Shown piece after piece: positions 33,656 to 43,240 of a stretch of DNA of 54,836 nt. Every line of letters starts with the position of its first letter. Position 1 is the stretch's first letter. Origin of the DNA: a virus (lineage: Duplodnaviria > Caudoviricetes); the IMG/VR virus record IMGVR_UViG_3300033747_000027, positions 1 to 54,836 of that record; one strand, given 5' to 3'. The position numbers and the translations under genes are program-made. Below the pieces are notes generated by a model, which saw only the letters and a list, made by a program, of their open reading frames with translations, was not told the DNA's origin and ran no database searches.

Positions 33656-35126
33656 AATAGACCTTGTTTAATTCACCCTTCGCAGACAAAAGCCATACTT
33701 CATCTATTTTCTGTCCACTCTTAATCCTGGCTATAATATTGTTTTTCATATAGCGCGTAGATATACCACAATCTTCTATGACTATCCGTGAACTTTGCTT
33801 TAATCCTCGATTCATCATGTTACTGTAGTTCCTTTTGGGATTCTTAGTTCTAAAGCCTTCGTGCTCAAAAAATTTCCCATCAACGGTGAAGTCAGGGCTT
33901 TTACCTTGATACTTTGTACCATTTAATTTTCCAAATATTTGCTGGTACCGTTTATCTTTCGGATGGACTCGCGGTAGTATCTCAACAGACCTACCTGACT
34001 CGGAAAACCCTTTACATGCTTTTAACACGCTATTGTAATCCGGAGATGATTTGTCCACACCATGAAGAATATTGAGAGAACCGTTACCCTTGATGGGTAT
34101 TGCATTATCGAAATACTTAGCATTGTCAACAAACAGATATGACTTTGTTGAAACGTTTTTCTTTGCAAGCATATCCTCGAGATAGCTCCTCGGTCCTTTT
34201 GGTATGTCCTGAATATATTGTGCTGAAGAAAAATCATCATTAACAAGCGAATCGATAAATGCATCTTCCTCCATCAAAATTGGAGTGGCGATACAGATAC
34301 ACCAGGGGTGCCAACCTTTAAAAAGGAAGCTTTTAGGGTATTTACCAACCATTGCATCACAGATAGGACATGCTCCTCTATTTGATGGAGATCGGCGTAT
34401 ATCTACCCCCTTAATAAATGGCATGTTTTGCCACCGTTCATGATCAGTAATGCGATATATTTCGTTAGTATTGGTTACAGCAAGTCGCAAGGCGTTTTTG
34501 TAACTCGATCGGTAAATTCCCCGCCCCGGCTTGTATGCTTCCATAGGAGCAGAAGGAACGAGCTTACCATCTGCATTCCTTATTCTGTGGAATCTTCTGT
34601 CAGGCTCTTTCAAAAGCTGCCTTACATCCTGACTAATTAATGTTGCTGGCCGACCGGTTGATAATCCTGAAGAAAGATAATGTTCAATGTTATCTTTTGC
34701 AGTTCCAGTGATATTCCAGATTCGATCAGAAAGGCTTAATCCTTCAACCTTCCGATTTAGAAAGGTTTTAAGCACCTCTTCATTTCTGGCAAACATACCC
34801 TTCCTTGCTACCTCTCCAATGGATAAGTCCTTAATGAATGAAGTTACGAGATCATCAGCTTTGACATTACTTCTGTTCCATGCGTCCGAAGAAAATCTAT
34901 TTACGTTTTCAATAATATCATCGCGCAATTGAGAAAGCTCTTCTTCAATTGCTTTTTCAACATTAGCATTCCTTATCCAAACACCTTCACTGCCCGAATC
35001 AGACCATCCGGTCATGTGCACCCCAATTCTACGAACAAAAGCATCGAATATATATTTGATGCTTGATTGTTGCTGGAGGAGCTTCTCCAAGTGTTTACGT
35101 TCATGGAATGATAGGCTTGATTTCAT
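33654..35126 (-). CDS. MuF/SPP1 gp7-like minor head protein with C-terminal CdiA-type PD-(D/E)XK nuclease toxin domain
   Basis: LSDRIW, CPICD...GKYP...GWHPWCIC; C-terminal KSPDFTVDGKFFEHEG...GLKQSSRIVI. Confidence 0.8.
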   Translation of the reverse strand: MKSSLSFHERKHLEKLLQQQSSIKYIFDAFVRRIGVHMTGWSDSGSEGVWIRNANVEKAIEEELSQLRDDIIENVNRFSSDAWNRSNVKADDLVTSFIKDLSIGEVARKGMFARNEEVLKTFLNRKVEGLSLSDRIWNITGTAKDNIEHYLSSGLSTGRPATLISQDVRQLLKEPDRRFHRIRNADGKLVPSAPMEAYKPGRGIYRSSYKNALRLAVTNTNEIYRITDHERWQNMPFIKGVDIRRSPSNRGACPICDAMVGKYPKSFLFKGWHPWCICIATPILMEEDAFIDSLVNDDFSSAQYIQDIPKGPRSYLEDMLAKKNVSTKSYLFVDNAKYFDNAIPIKGNGSLNILHGVDKSSPDYNSVLKACKGFSESGRSVEILPRVHPKDKRYQQIFGKLNGTKYQGKSPDFTVDGKFFEHEGFRTKNPKRNYSNMMNRGLKQSSRIVIEDCGISTRYMKNNIIARIKSGQKIDEVWLLSAKGELNKVY

Positions 35127-35350
35127 TTTTCAAGCTTCTTTTGGTTGTATAGAAAGAAGAATGTAGGACCTGATATCGTTGTAAATAATCCGCCAGTAAC
35201 CCCAAGTATACCGACTGCTTTGTCTGCGTGGATAAAGCAAAAAAAGACCATAGCGAACACCACTACCAAAGCTGAAAAAATAACAACCACGGCTATTAAC
35301 CGACTTATACTTGTTTTACCTTGATGATCTTGTAATGCTGTTGTTTTCAT
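35123..35350 (-). CDS. Two-TM holin-like membrane protein
   Basis: D..GK.S.SR start followed by two TM helices. Confidence 0.55.
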   Translation of the reverse strand: MKTTALQDHQGKTSISRLIAVVVIFSALVVVFAMVFFCFIHADKAVGILGVTGGLFTTISGPTFFFLYNQKKLEK

Positions 35351-35439
35351 TTTACTCTTTTTTACTTAGCAGCACGAACAACCGGGGGTCAACACCCCCG
35401 GTCTCCGTACTACTTTATCGTGAAATTGAACGTGTGTGC

Positions 35440-35937
35440 TTATTTTCCTAACCACGGATTATCCCACATTCGTTTGCGGGATGAATCTTTAAATAGTAAT
35501 TTCTTTCGCTGAGGCACGTTTTTAACGCCTTTTAGATTGACTGTAAGTGATCCTGCAAATGCAAAAACTTCATTGACCTTGCAATATCCATAAAGCTTGT
35601 TATCCCACATCTTGATGCGTATAATTCCGGAATCATTAACAGAAATTAAATCCCCTTGAATATTCGCAATCTGTATCCCGTTCTTTTTATAAGAGAAAAA
35701 ATTCAAACGGATCTGAAATCCATTTGCAGCTGATTCTAAAGTATCCTTGCCTTCGACCAGTGTTGCATTGTCAAACAAATTCAATAAAAACACATCTGTA
35801 GTATACACTCGGCCTGTTTTTATCGAGTAAAACTCTGCATATACATTTTCATTATTTCCTCCTCGAAAATCATACGACTGCGAAAAGCATACAGCCGAAG
35901 TAGTAATCAATATCAATGTGAACAAGAGTTTTTTCAT
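35440..35937 (-). CDS. Hypothetical exported protein
   Basis: Signal peptide MKKLLFTLILITTSAVCFS. Confidence 0.65.
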   Translation of the reverse strand: MKKLLFTLILITTSAVCFSQSYDFRGGNNENVYAEFYSIKTGRVYTTDVFLLNLFDNATLVEGKDTLESAANGFQIRLNFFSYKKNGIQIANIQGDLISVNDSGIIRIKMWDNKLYGYCKVNEVFAFAGSLTVNLKGVKNVPQRKKLLFKDSSRKRMWDNPWLGK

Positions 35938-36090
35938 GCTAATTTCTAGTTTTTATAAATTGAGGTGTGTTCGTCCCTTCATCATTCTGCTCTAATCAAC
36001 AACATCGTTCAACACCACACCTCAAATTATTATTTTTAGTTTTAAAAAAAATAGAATAGTTCAACAAGCCCCAAATGAAAACTATTTCAA

Positions 36091-37506
36091 TTAGACGTTC
36101 AGTAGATTTATTTTGCCTAAAGCCAATTGGGCGGAAACTAAATCTCCCCCATCAGGAGTAAGATGCAATCCATCTGAATAATAGGTTGTGTTTGTAGGAT
36201 CGTCTAACTCTGAAACAGTGTCTGTGTCTAAAATATAAACCCCATTAAGCAATGATAAATCATCCCGTAAATTATCATTGAAGATATGGCGTTCAACTGT
36301 TTCAAACTGACTTCCAGCACCACGTCCACTAAGAGTTGCTGGGGTGCATGTATATACTAAGATTTTATCCCAACCTGCCGTTAAACGAGCTTGGATATAA
36401 GGTTTAAGTGCATCGTATGCCGCTTGTCCGCTACCAACTGTGTTGTCAATCTCGTTTACGCCCAGCCACACAACCAAATAGTTATCGTGACTAGCATCAA
36501 GCATAGCATCAAGTGCAGCCGAGCGCGAAACAGCCCCTGCTATTGTGCTACCATTGACGGCGTTATTGTTATTTTGAACAATATTAAGAGAATCAGCTAT
36601 TTTATGTCCTATCCTAGTATAAGAATTGCTGATGGTCATAAAAGAATGTCCCTCTATTGCTAAGTTAATTCGAGGAGTTGCTACTAAACCTGTTCCAACA
36701 GCTTGCAAATACTCTTCCATTATGTCCATCACAGCACGAACCTCAGCTGGCGTTAAATAACTACAGACTATTGCATACCGCAAATGCTTATTGTTATAAT
36801 TTGACGGGCTACCTAGATATCCAAACGCACAAGCATACATGTCTGTTCCAAGTCCAGAACTGACTGTATTTGTAGCGTGCTCTACATTAAACTTAGAACG
36901 ATTTATATAAATATCATAATTAGCACCATTGTTTCTAGAAATAGCATAATGTTTTTTTGTGTTTGAGTTCCAATTACCATTTGTATAGAACTCTGACAAG
37001 CTTGTCTCATAACCATTTACTGAAGTCTTTTTTGCATTAATTCTGAATCGTGTAGAGCCAAAATCTACAGCATTTTCTTCATCTAAATCATCCCCAACTC
37101 CAATGATAGCGCAAGCGTCATCTTGCCCAACTTTCGTAGCCTGTGTTGAAGGATTAAAATTTAATTTCAAACATGAGTTAGTTGCCGAAACACCTTTGAA
37201 CCCCTCATAAGCATCGAATACAGGAGTATTTACTTCGGTAGGATCGAATGTACCTGGGTTTACCCAATTTAGTTTTGCTGATTGCCTATCGTGCGTAGCC
37301 CAAACATCCACAAATTCACATCTGGATAAAACATTTAAACTATCCAAACCAGACATCATTTTATTTTGTGCAACTTGATCAGATTCAGAAGGCTTAACGG
37401 TCATTGCTTCCAGCACTGCTGCATATGCTGGCAAAATTGGAAGTTGGTAGTTCAACACTGCCGCTTTTCGAACCTTCCCAATTCCTATATTCAGTCCTAA
37501 TCTCAT
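36091..37506 (-). CDS. SGNH/GDSL esterase-domain protein, possibly virion-associated
   Basis: C-terminal GHSF, NGST, GVNE and DGLH blocks. Confidence 0.75.
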   Translation of the reverse strand: MRLGLNIGIGKVRKAAVLNYQLPILPAYAAVLEAMTVKPSESDQVAQNKMMSGLDSLNVLSRCEFVDVWATHDRQSAKLNWVNPGTFDPTEVNTPVFDAYEGFKGVSATNSCLKLNFNPSTQATKVGQDDACAIIGVGDDLDEENAVDFGSTRFRINAKKTSVNGYETSLSEFYTNGNWNSNTKKHYAISRNNGANYDIYINRSKFNVEHATNTVSSGLGTDMYACAFGYLGSPSNYNNKHLRYAIVCSYLTPAEVRAVMDIMEEYLQAVGTGLVATPRINLAIEGHSFMTISNSYTRIGHKIADSLNIVQNNNNAVNGSTIAGAVSRSAALDAMLDASHDNYLVVWLGVNEIDNTVGSGQAAYDALKPYIQARLTAGWDKILVYTCTPATLSGRGAGSQFETVERHIFNDNLRDDLSLLNGVYILDTDTVSELDDPTNTTYYSDGLHLTPDGGDLVSAQLALGKINLLNV

Positions 37507-37509
37507 AGC

Positions 37510-37848
37510 TTATGATTCTTGAACATTAACAGGAGCTCCCCAGTAGACATCATAAGTAGTCAAGTCGATTGCGTCCGCTGATATCTCTTGAATAGCGGCT
37601 TCGGTCCATTGATTAAATAGTACTGGAAAATCAGAACTATCATCGTCCTGATATAACTTGCAATCGACCATCAAACCGGCATTATCCGGAACGCCAATTA
37701 CTCCGGCCGTTACATTTGCCTTCGGTACAATAAACAGAGTAAAATGTGTTCCATTTTCCAACTTAAAACCATTTGTCAGGTCTGTAATTTTTTTATGAGA
37801 CGATATGCGCCCTGCGGCCATTTCTGATGATACAAATCCTTTATTCAT
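37510..37848 (-). CDS. Hypothetical phage protein
   Basis: Downstream of the portal gene; ends YDVYWG. Confidence 0.65.
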   Translation of the reverse strand: MNKGFVSSEMAAGRISSHKKITDLTNGFKLENGTHFTLFIVPKANVTAGVIGVPDNAGLMVDCKLYQDDDSSDFPVLFNQWTEAAIQEISADAIDLTTYDVYWGAPVNVQES

Positions 37849-37867
37849 AATATTTTTGCTTTAGTTA

Positions 37868-39343
37868 CTACTCTCCTCCAAATGCATTCAATCCAATCTG
37901 ATTATTCCGATCAGATTCCTTCTTTTCATCTTCCTCTATTCTTTTGATCTCATCTTCAACATCACCTGCGGCAGTAAGTGGTGACTTAGCAACAATTGTT
38001 TCTCGAGAGTTGAAAGCCTTGCCGCCACCTGCGATATTGAGCACATGAGCGTCTTCAACAGGATCTTTAGGAAGAATAGAATCGAAGGTTACTGATATCC
38101 AATTGTTAACAAGCTGGCTTCTGTACTTGATATTTGTGATGTTTGAGATTCCGGCCATAACAACTGAAACGCATCGTTGTACTGCCGGCTCAAAGGTTTC
38201 TAAGTTCTCAGATGCCTTAATTTGAGCATCAAGCGTCATGAATCTACGGGCAACACCGGATAGATTACCCATACCTTTTAAGTTATCAAATGAAAGGTCG
38301 GGAGTTGAAGAACCACTGAACAGCTCGTTCTTAGTCTCCTCAAGCTCTTTCTTAACTGAATCAATAGATTGTTGCCAGTCTAGAAAATCAGCATCACCAT
38401 GAATCGGTTTGCCTGTGTCCTCATCATATTCAACCGGGAATTGTAATTCTTTTCCCACCGTCCCCTTGCTTGGCAAATTAGATTCACCGAACACCTTCAT
38501 AATCGGCTCAGCAAAATAATCATTGGTATCAGCTGTTCTTGAAAGTCTCATTTCCCGGGCATCCATTACCGGGGCAACTTCATCCCATTCCGGAGCAAGG
38601 ATATCGGCATAGACAACAGGTATTAATCCAAACGGATTTACAGATTCAGTGATTTGCCAATCTGAATAGCTTTTCAAAGCTATTATCATCTTTTCCCTGG
38701 TCCAAATGACAATCTTATCTCTAAGGATATTATCAATTCGGATTTGGGTTTTATGAATAAAACCATCCATGTCCTCATTGTCATCGAAGTGAGGGAAGAA
38801 ATCAGACTCAATATCTTGCTGTTCGGGGAGCTTGAGGAGTTTAGCACTAAGCGTTATTGTTTTTGTTCCAGACCAATGCACTGATGCTCTTGGATAAAAG
38901 ACAATAGCTGCTTTTGTTTCGGAGAGAACAGTCCTGGCAAACTGTTTTAACAAGGAGTGCATTTTTAGTTTCTTTTCCCATAGCTCCTTGAATTCTTCCA
39001 CGCCATCATTGAGATCATCTGCGTTGATGTGCATTCGACCTCCAAACATGAATGCCACAGAGGTACGAACTATCTTCTTGGGAAAGTTGGTGATAATCTT
39101 AGCTACTTCAACAACCTTATCTTCAAGCTTTAAAGCATTACCATCCTTATCAGTAAGTGTGTCAGAGAATACCTCCATTTTTTTCGGCTCCCGCCAACCA
39201 ACAGAAGTAGTTCTCCTGGTCCGTTCACCTTTGTATTCGTCAAGATATTCGCGAGGCTCCCGTCCTTCTATCGTATCAACACACAACTCAGTAACAACCT
39301 GATTGAAGTCTTCATTTTCGAGAATAGAATATATATCCGGCAT
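37868..39343 (-). CDS. Portal protein (SPP1 gp6-like)
   Basis: NPFGLIPVVY, DTNDYFAEP and TPDLSFDNLKGMGNLSGVA motifs. Confidence 0.92.
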   Translation of the reverse strand: MPDIYSILENEDFNQVVTELCVDTIEGREPREYLDEYKGERTRRTTSVGWREPKKMEVFSDTLTDKDGNALKLEDKVVEVAKIITNFPKKIVRTSVAFMFGGRMHINADDLNDGVEEFKELWEKKLKMHSLLKQFARTVLSETKAAIVFYPRASVHWSGTKTITLSAKLLKLPEQQDIESDFFPHFDDNEDMDGFIHKTQIRIDNILRDKIVIWTREKMIIALKSYSDWQITESVNPFGLIPVVYADILAPEWDEVAPVMDAREMRLSRTADTNDYFAEPIMKVFGESNLPSKGTVGKELQFPVEYDEDTGKPIHGDADFLDWQQSIDSVKKELEETKNELFSGSSTPDLSFDNLKGMGNLSGVARRFMTLDAQIKASENLETFEPAVQRCVSVVMAGISNITNIKYRSQLVNNWISVTFDSILPKDPVEDAHVLNIAGGGKAFNSRETIVAKSPLTAAGDVEDEIKRIEEDEKKESDRNNQIGLNAFGGE

Positions 39344-39437
39344 ATTCTTTCTCTTAAAATATAAGAGATTTCAAATAGTTATTAAAATATAAAAGCCCCA
39401 CTAAAGTGAGGCCTATTTCTTTTGGTACAATGCGTTT

Positions 39438-39746
39438 CTAATGGGGTCTTCGATGTCTAGCGATCTTGTCATAATAGCCTAAAATACGCTTAGCAGTATC
39501 TCTTGCTTCTTCATCTGACATTCGCTTAATTGTTGCATGTATTTTACCTTCTTCCCCATCAGGATTCCCACTTGTTAAATCTTCGATTAATGACATAACA
39601 TCATCCTTTACATCCTCAGGGATTGTTTGATGTTTCAGCGCAATGATAGACTGTGCTGCATATTCCAAACGAGCCCTTAATGGTAATTCACCTACCAATG
39701 ACATCATCGCGCCAAAGAACTTTTCCCAAACATAACTGTATTCCAT
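39438..39746 (-). CDS. Moron-like hypothetical protein between terL and portal
   Basis: Followed by its own hairpin terminator (about 39395-39412). Confidence 0.6.
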   Translation of the reverse strand: MEYSYVWEKFFGAMMSLVGELPLRARLEYAAQSIIALKHQTIPEDVKDDVMSLIEDLTSGNPDGEEGKIHATIKRMSDEEARDTAKRILGYYDKIARHRRPH

Positions 39747-39820
39747 AAAATTTGATTTTTAATTAAACAGAATGCAATTTACGCTATTGGTATAATTAAT
39801 GAAAGACATCGGGATAGAAT

Positions 39821-41140
39821 TTAACGTGCACCTGTAGACTTTGCCACTTGACGTTTTTTCTTTTTACCAGTTCGTCCCAATATATTGTACCAAACCCAAT
39901 ATCGGATAGCATCCATAGCGTGGTTCCAGTCATCAATTGGTTCATTTATGTACTTTCCATCTTTATCAGTATCCCATGTGTAATGTTTACGCTCCTTAAG
40001 TATGTTGTTTGAGTTTTCGGTTATCTTAAGATTTAACTCAAGCATCTTATCAATACCGGCTTTTACCGAACCTTTGGGCTTGTCTACAGGATGTATTTTA
40101 ATACCACCATTTCGAATTTCAGTTATCAACCTAGGATCGGCGCTTTCAGATATAACCTTAAAGTGGTTATGTGGCTTCAGTTCCTTAATAATGTCCTTGC
40201 CTAACATCTGTGTGCGATAGGCTAGCTCATCAACATACAGGTCATTATTCAGAGGATCGTAAGCACATTCTATAATAGCTGTAGGGTCGATTGTGAATCC
40301 AAAATCCATACCCAAACCACGCTTTTTAACCCAGTCCGGAATGCATGGTACTATTTCATAAGAAGTGAATATTACTCCTTCGCTATTCTCGGCCCATCTA
40401 CCAATAATCTTTTGAGCATACTTCGATTTGTTGAACTTGTGCTTATCAATAGTGCCATCGGCTTTTGTAGAATCTTTAATGGCTTTGTCTCGAATCTGCT
40501 TAACTTCTGATTTGAACTCTTCTGATAAGTGTTCTTCATTGTCGAAGTAGGTTGTATGAATATGCAAGACATTCGGGTGAGTACTTACCTGGACTTCAAC
40601 TCCATCAATCTCAACAATCTTATGCGTGTCCTTGAGATATTTTTCATAAATGAAGTGGTTAACATCTGACGGGTTCATAATAATAACCACCCGGTTCTGG
40701 ATACCTTTCTTACGAATGGATAGAACTATCTTATCATAGTCCTCTTCATTAACCCATTCCTCACCTTCATCTACAACAAATGTTGTTAATCCCTGTATCG
40801 ATTTAAGATTCGCGGTTTGGTTCCCGGAAGATGTTTTTATTCCCCGGAACATGATCTCGCTGCCTGAGAATTTATTTACAATGTCTTTTTTGTTAATTGC
40901 AAAATGTTCCTCGGCTCCGTCTAGAATTATCTTCTCATTAAATTCGGGAATAATAGAAACCTCGGCAGAAGTAAGCGTATACCTTGAGAATAGAATTTTA
41001 TGTAGTTCTTCAAATGAAAGTCTTTCCAGAAAAGTAGAGGCATTAAACGACTTCCCGGAACCACGGCCCCCGGTTACAAGTATGATGAATTTATCCTTGT
41101 TCTCATACAGAGGTTCGTAGACCGGTTGAACTTCTATCAT
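39821..41140 (-). CDS. terL: Terminase large subunit (PBSX family)
   Basis: GGRGSGKS, VVDE, GMDFGFT..P and NHAMDAIRY motifs. Confidence 0.95.
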   Translation of the reverse strand: MIEVQPVYEPLYENKDKFIILVTGGRGSGKSFNASTFLERLSFEELHKILFSRYTLTSAEVSIIPEFNEKIILDGAEEHFAINKKDIVNKFSGSEIMFRGIKTSSGNQTANLKSIQGLTTFVVDEGEEWVNEEDYDKIVLSIRKKGIQNRVVIIMNPSDVNHFIYEKYLKDTHKIVEIDGVEVQVSTHPNVLHIHTTYFDNEEHLSEEFKSEVKQIRDKAIKDSTKADGTIDKHKFNKSKYAQKIIGRWAENSEGVIFTSYEIVPCIPDWVKKRGLGMDFGFTIDPTAIIECAYDPLNNDLYVDELAYRTQMLGKDIIKELKPHNHFKVISESADPRLITEIRNGGIKIHPVDKPKGSVKAGIDKMLELNLKITENSNNILKERKHYTWDTDKDGKYINEPIDDWNHAMDAIRYWVWYNILGRTGKKKKRQVAKSTGAR

Positions 41141-41667
41141 TCTTCATCTGAGTTGGGTGATTTGTTTTTCTTCAGCCAGGCAGTGATTGGAACAGACCCT
41201 TTTTCTGATACTTGAAGCTGATCTGGCTCATCGTAGCCAAGCATTTTACAAATCCTCTCAATTGTCCAGGATTTGCCGTGTAACTTTAATTCAATCCCGT
41301 GAGCATTCTGTTTAATGCCCTCAATAGCCTTTGCTTGCTTGTCAGTTAGCTTACTAAAATCCTTGAATGTTATTTTTGTTCCATCAAAATCAACGTAATC
41401 CCGAATGTCAGAAAATGCGACACATGAAAGTTCTTCTAAAATGTCCTCTTTTCGTATATCAGAGTTTTTTTTTAATTCAGAACGCAGTAGCCGTATAGTT
41501 GCCGAAATCTTATTATGATCGATTAGTTCTTTTGCTTTTCGCTTTATCGTGTTAGGTTTCATTTTGGCGCATGAATAAGCATGACGATAAGCTTCAGATG
41601 CATTACCGGCCTCAATGTATTTATGACAAAAAGCCTCTTGTTTAGGTGTTAATTTAACTATGGCCAT
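41137..41667 (-). CDS. terS: Terminase small subunit
   Basis: LTPKQEAFC..Y...NASEAYRHAY. Confidence 0.92.
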   Translation of the reverse strand: MAIVKLTPKQEAFCHKYIEAGNASEAYRHAYSCAKMKPNTIKRKAKELIDHNKISATIRLLRSELKKNSDIRKEDILEELSCVAFSDIRDYVDFDGTKITFKDFSKLTDKQAKAIEGIKQNAHGIELKLHGKSWTIERICKMLGYDEPDQLQVSEKGSVPITAWLKKNKSPNSDEE

Positions 41668-41738
41668 GCTTTAAAATATAAAACGACGAAATATTTTTAT
41701 AGTAACACCCACCCGTCTCTTTGCCACTATTAATAGCT

Positions 41739-42515
41739 CTAGGCCAATTTTTGTGAATTTAAAAACTTATTCACAAAATATATCTGACCTTTTCCGGTCA
41801 CTTTCGATGTTGTACTAATCAACACAGTACCATCTGGTTTATTGATCGTGGTTTTTTTCATTTCAAATAAACCTAATTCCATTGCTTTTTGTGTTGGCTG
41901 GTTGTAATATTCGCCTCTTGATCCAAGATATCCCTTTGCCCGAAGCCACTTAAACATACGATTTTGCCCCATATCAATGCCATTTTGCTTTAAAACTTTT
42001 GCTAGTTCTCCAACCAAGCAGCTTCTATCGCTGGTAGCAACTGCATCTGCAAATAAAGCTTTGGGTTTCATTTTACGGTTATGTTCCGCTAAAACGAGTG
42101 CTTTCTCTTCGGCTTCAATGCGTTTTTCCTGTTCTTCCTTCCAGTTCTGGGCAAGTCTTAGAACAGTTGTAGGGTCTGAGAAATCAACCTCTTTAGCTGA
42201 AATTGCCTTGGCCTTCATTTCCATGTCAATAAAGTACCTCCGAGCCTGACGTCCTTTATCATTATTCTCAACCATGCATAATTCTTTGGCCATATCTAGG
42301 GTGAGGCCGTATTCTTTAGAGGGTCTACCTCCTTGGGGTTTTACTAAATTTTCAGTAAAACATATAAAGTCCTGATTTTCTTCGAACCCAAACTTATCGA
42401 TTCGATTTATAACCCAATCGTTGAACCGTGTTTGTACTTCCAAAAACTCGTGAAGTTCACGTGCATCTACAAGCTGCCGGCCTTGGTGTTGTTTTATTTT
42501 AATAATTTCATTCAT
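41739..42515 (-). CDS. Antirepressor (AntA/AntB plus KilAC/ANT)
   Basis: VDARELHEFL...MAKELCM; KPKALFADAV...KVTGKGQIYFVNKF. Confidence 0.92.
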   Translation of the reverse strand: MNEIIKIKQHQGRQLVDARELHEFLEVQTRFNDWVINRIDKFGFEENQDFICFTENLVKPQGGRPSKEYGLTLDMAKELCMVENNDKGRQARRYFIDMEMKAKAISAKEVDFSDPTTVLRLAQNWKEEQEKRIEAEEKALVLAEHNRKMKPKALFADAVATSDRSCLVGELAKVLKQNGIDMGQNRMFKWLRAKGYLGSRGEYYNQPTQKAMELGLFEMKKTTINKPDGTVLISTTSKVTGKGQIYFVNKFLNSQKLA

Positions 42516-42535
42516 GATTTTTAATTTAGGTGAAT

Positions 42536-42657
42536 AAAAAAAGCGGTAAAGTTTCGGAAGCCTAATATGGACGACAGCTTCTTACTCCTTTCCGCTTAAA
42601 TTCTTTTTTTACCGGGCGTCCATTCCACGGGTTGAAACGTTTCAGGATTAAAATATA
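42536..42657 (-). promoter_or_regulatory. Attenuator-like leader of the antirepressor
   Basis: Stem AAGCGGTAAAG/CTTTCCGCTT with a T-tract on the - strand; loop ATGGACG (42567) is complementary to CGTCCAT (42617); TTAAAATATA motif at 42648. Confidence 0.55.
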
Positions 42658-42665
42658 AACCGCTT

Positions 42666-42869
42666 TCAGTTTTCTGAGAATTCAGGCTTGTAGCTACTAA
42701 ACTCAGACATTAACCCCTTATCTACCAGATAGAAATAAGCCTTATTTTTTAAATTTATCTCGCTATAAAGCAAGCGTATAAGATCATCTTTGCTACTGTT
42801 TAGCATTCTTACTAATGCATCTGGGCCCGAACGTTTTGTAAATTCTTTAATTTCTGCATCTGTTAACAT
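42666..42869 (-). CDS. Hypothetical protein
   Basis: KNKAYFYL..GL..EF motif; upstream of the antirepressor. Confidence 0.6.
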   Translation of the reverse strand: MLTDAEIKEFTKRSGPDALVRMLNSSKDDLIRLLYSEINLKNKAYFYLVDKGLMSEFSSYKPEFSEN

Positions 42870-42880
42870 GGTATTTATTT

Positions 42881-43102
42881 TTAGTTGTATTTATAATTCT
42901 TCTGCATTTCGTAAATGGTGCTCCAGCGTACCCGATTCATTTCTTTCTGAATTTCGTGGTGTCTTAACCATTGGGTGTTTAAATAGCACTCGTACGAGTT
43001 TAAATACTCTTGTAAACCTTCTTCGTTTACTATCCGCATTTTGGCTGCATTTAAATTTTTGCCGCTTCGTTCTGGGAATTCTGATGTGAGTATGTCTTTC
43101 AT
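42881..43102 (-). CDS. Hypothetical protein
   Basis: ATG start downstream of a TATATTTG promoter. Confidence 0.5.
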   Translation of the reverse strand: MKDILTSEFPERSGKNLNAAKMRIVNEEGLQEYLNSYECYLNTQWLRHHEIQKEMNRVRWSTIYEMQKNYKYN

Positions 43103-43132
43103 GATTCAAGTATTAACTGAATTATTATACAA

Positions 43133-43221
43133 CAAATATAAGCAGAACCTAAATACCATACAAGCAAAACCTAAATTATTTTTATTTTTATTCAACTTAA
43201 ACCTAAATTTTAGTATATTTG
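43133..43221. promoter_or_regulatory. Divergent promoters with three AACCTAAAT repeats (candidate operators)
   Basis: TATATTTG on - (43133-40) and on + (43214-21); AACCTAAAT at 43146, 43168 and 43200. Confidence 0.65.
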
Positions 43222-43240
43222 CTTCATAAAATTTTAAAAT

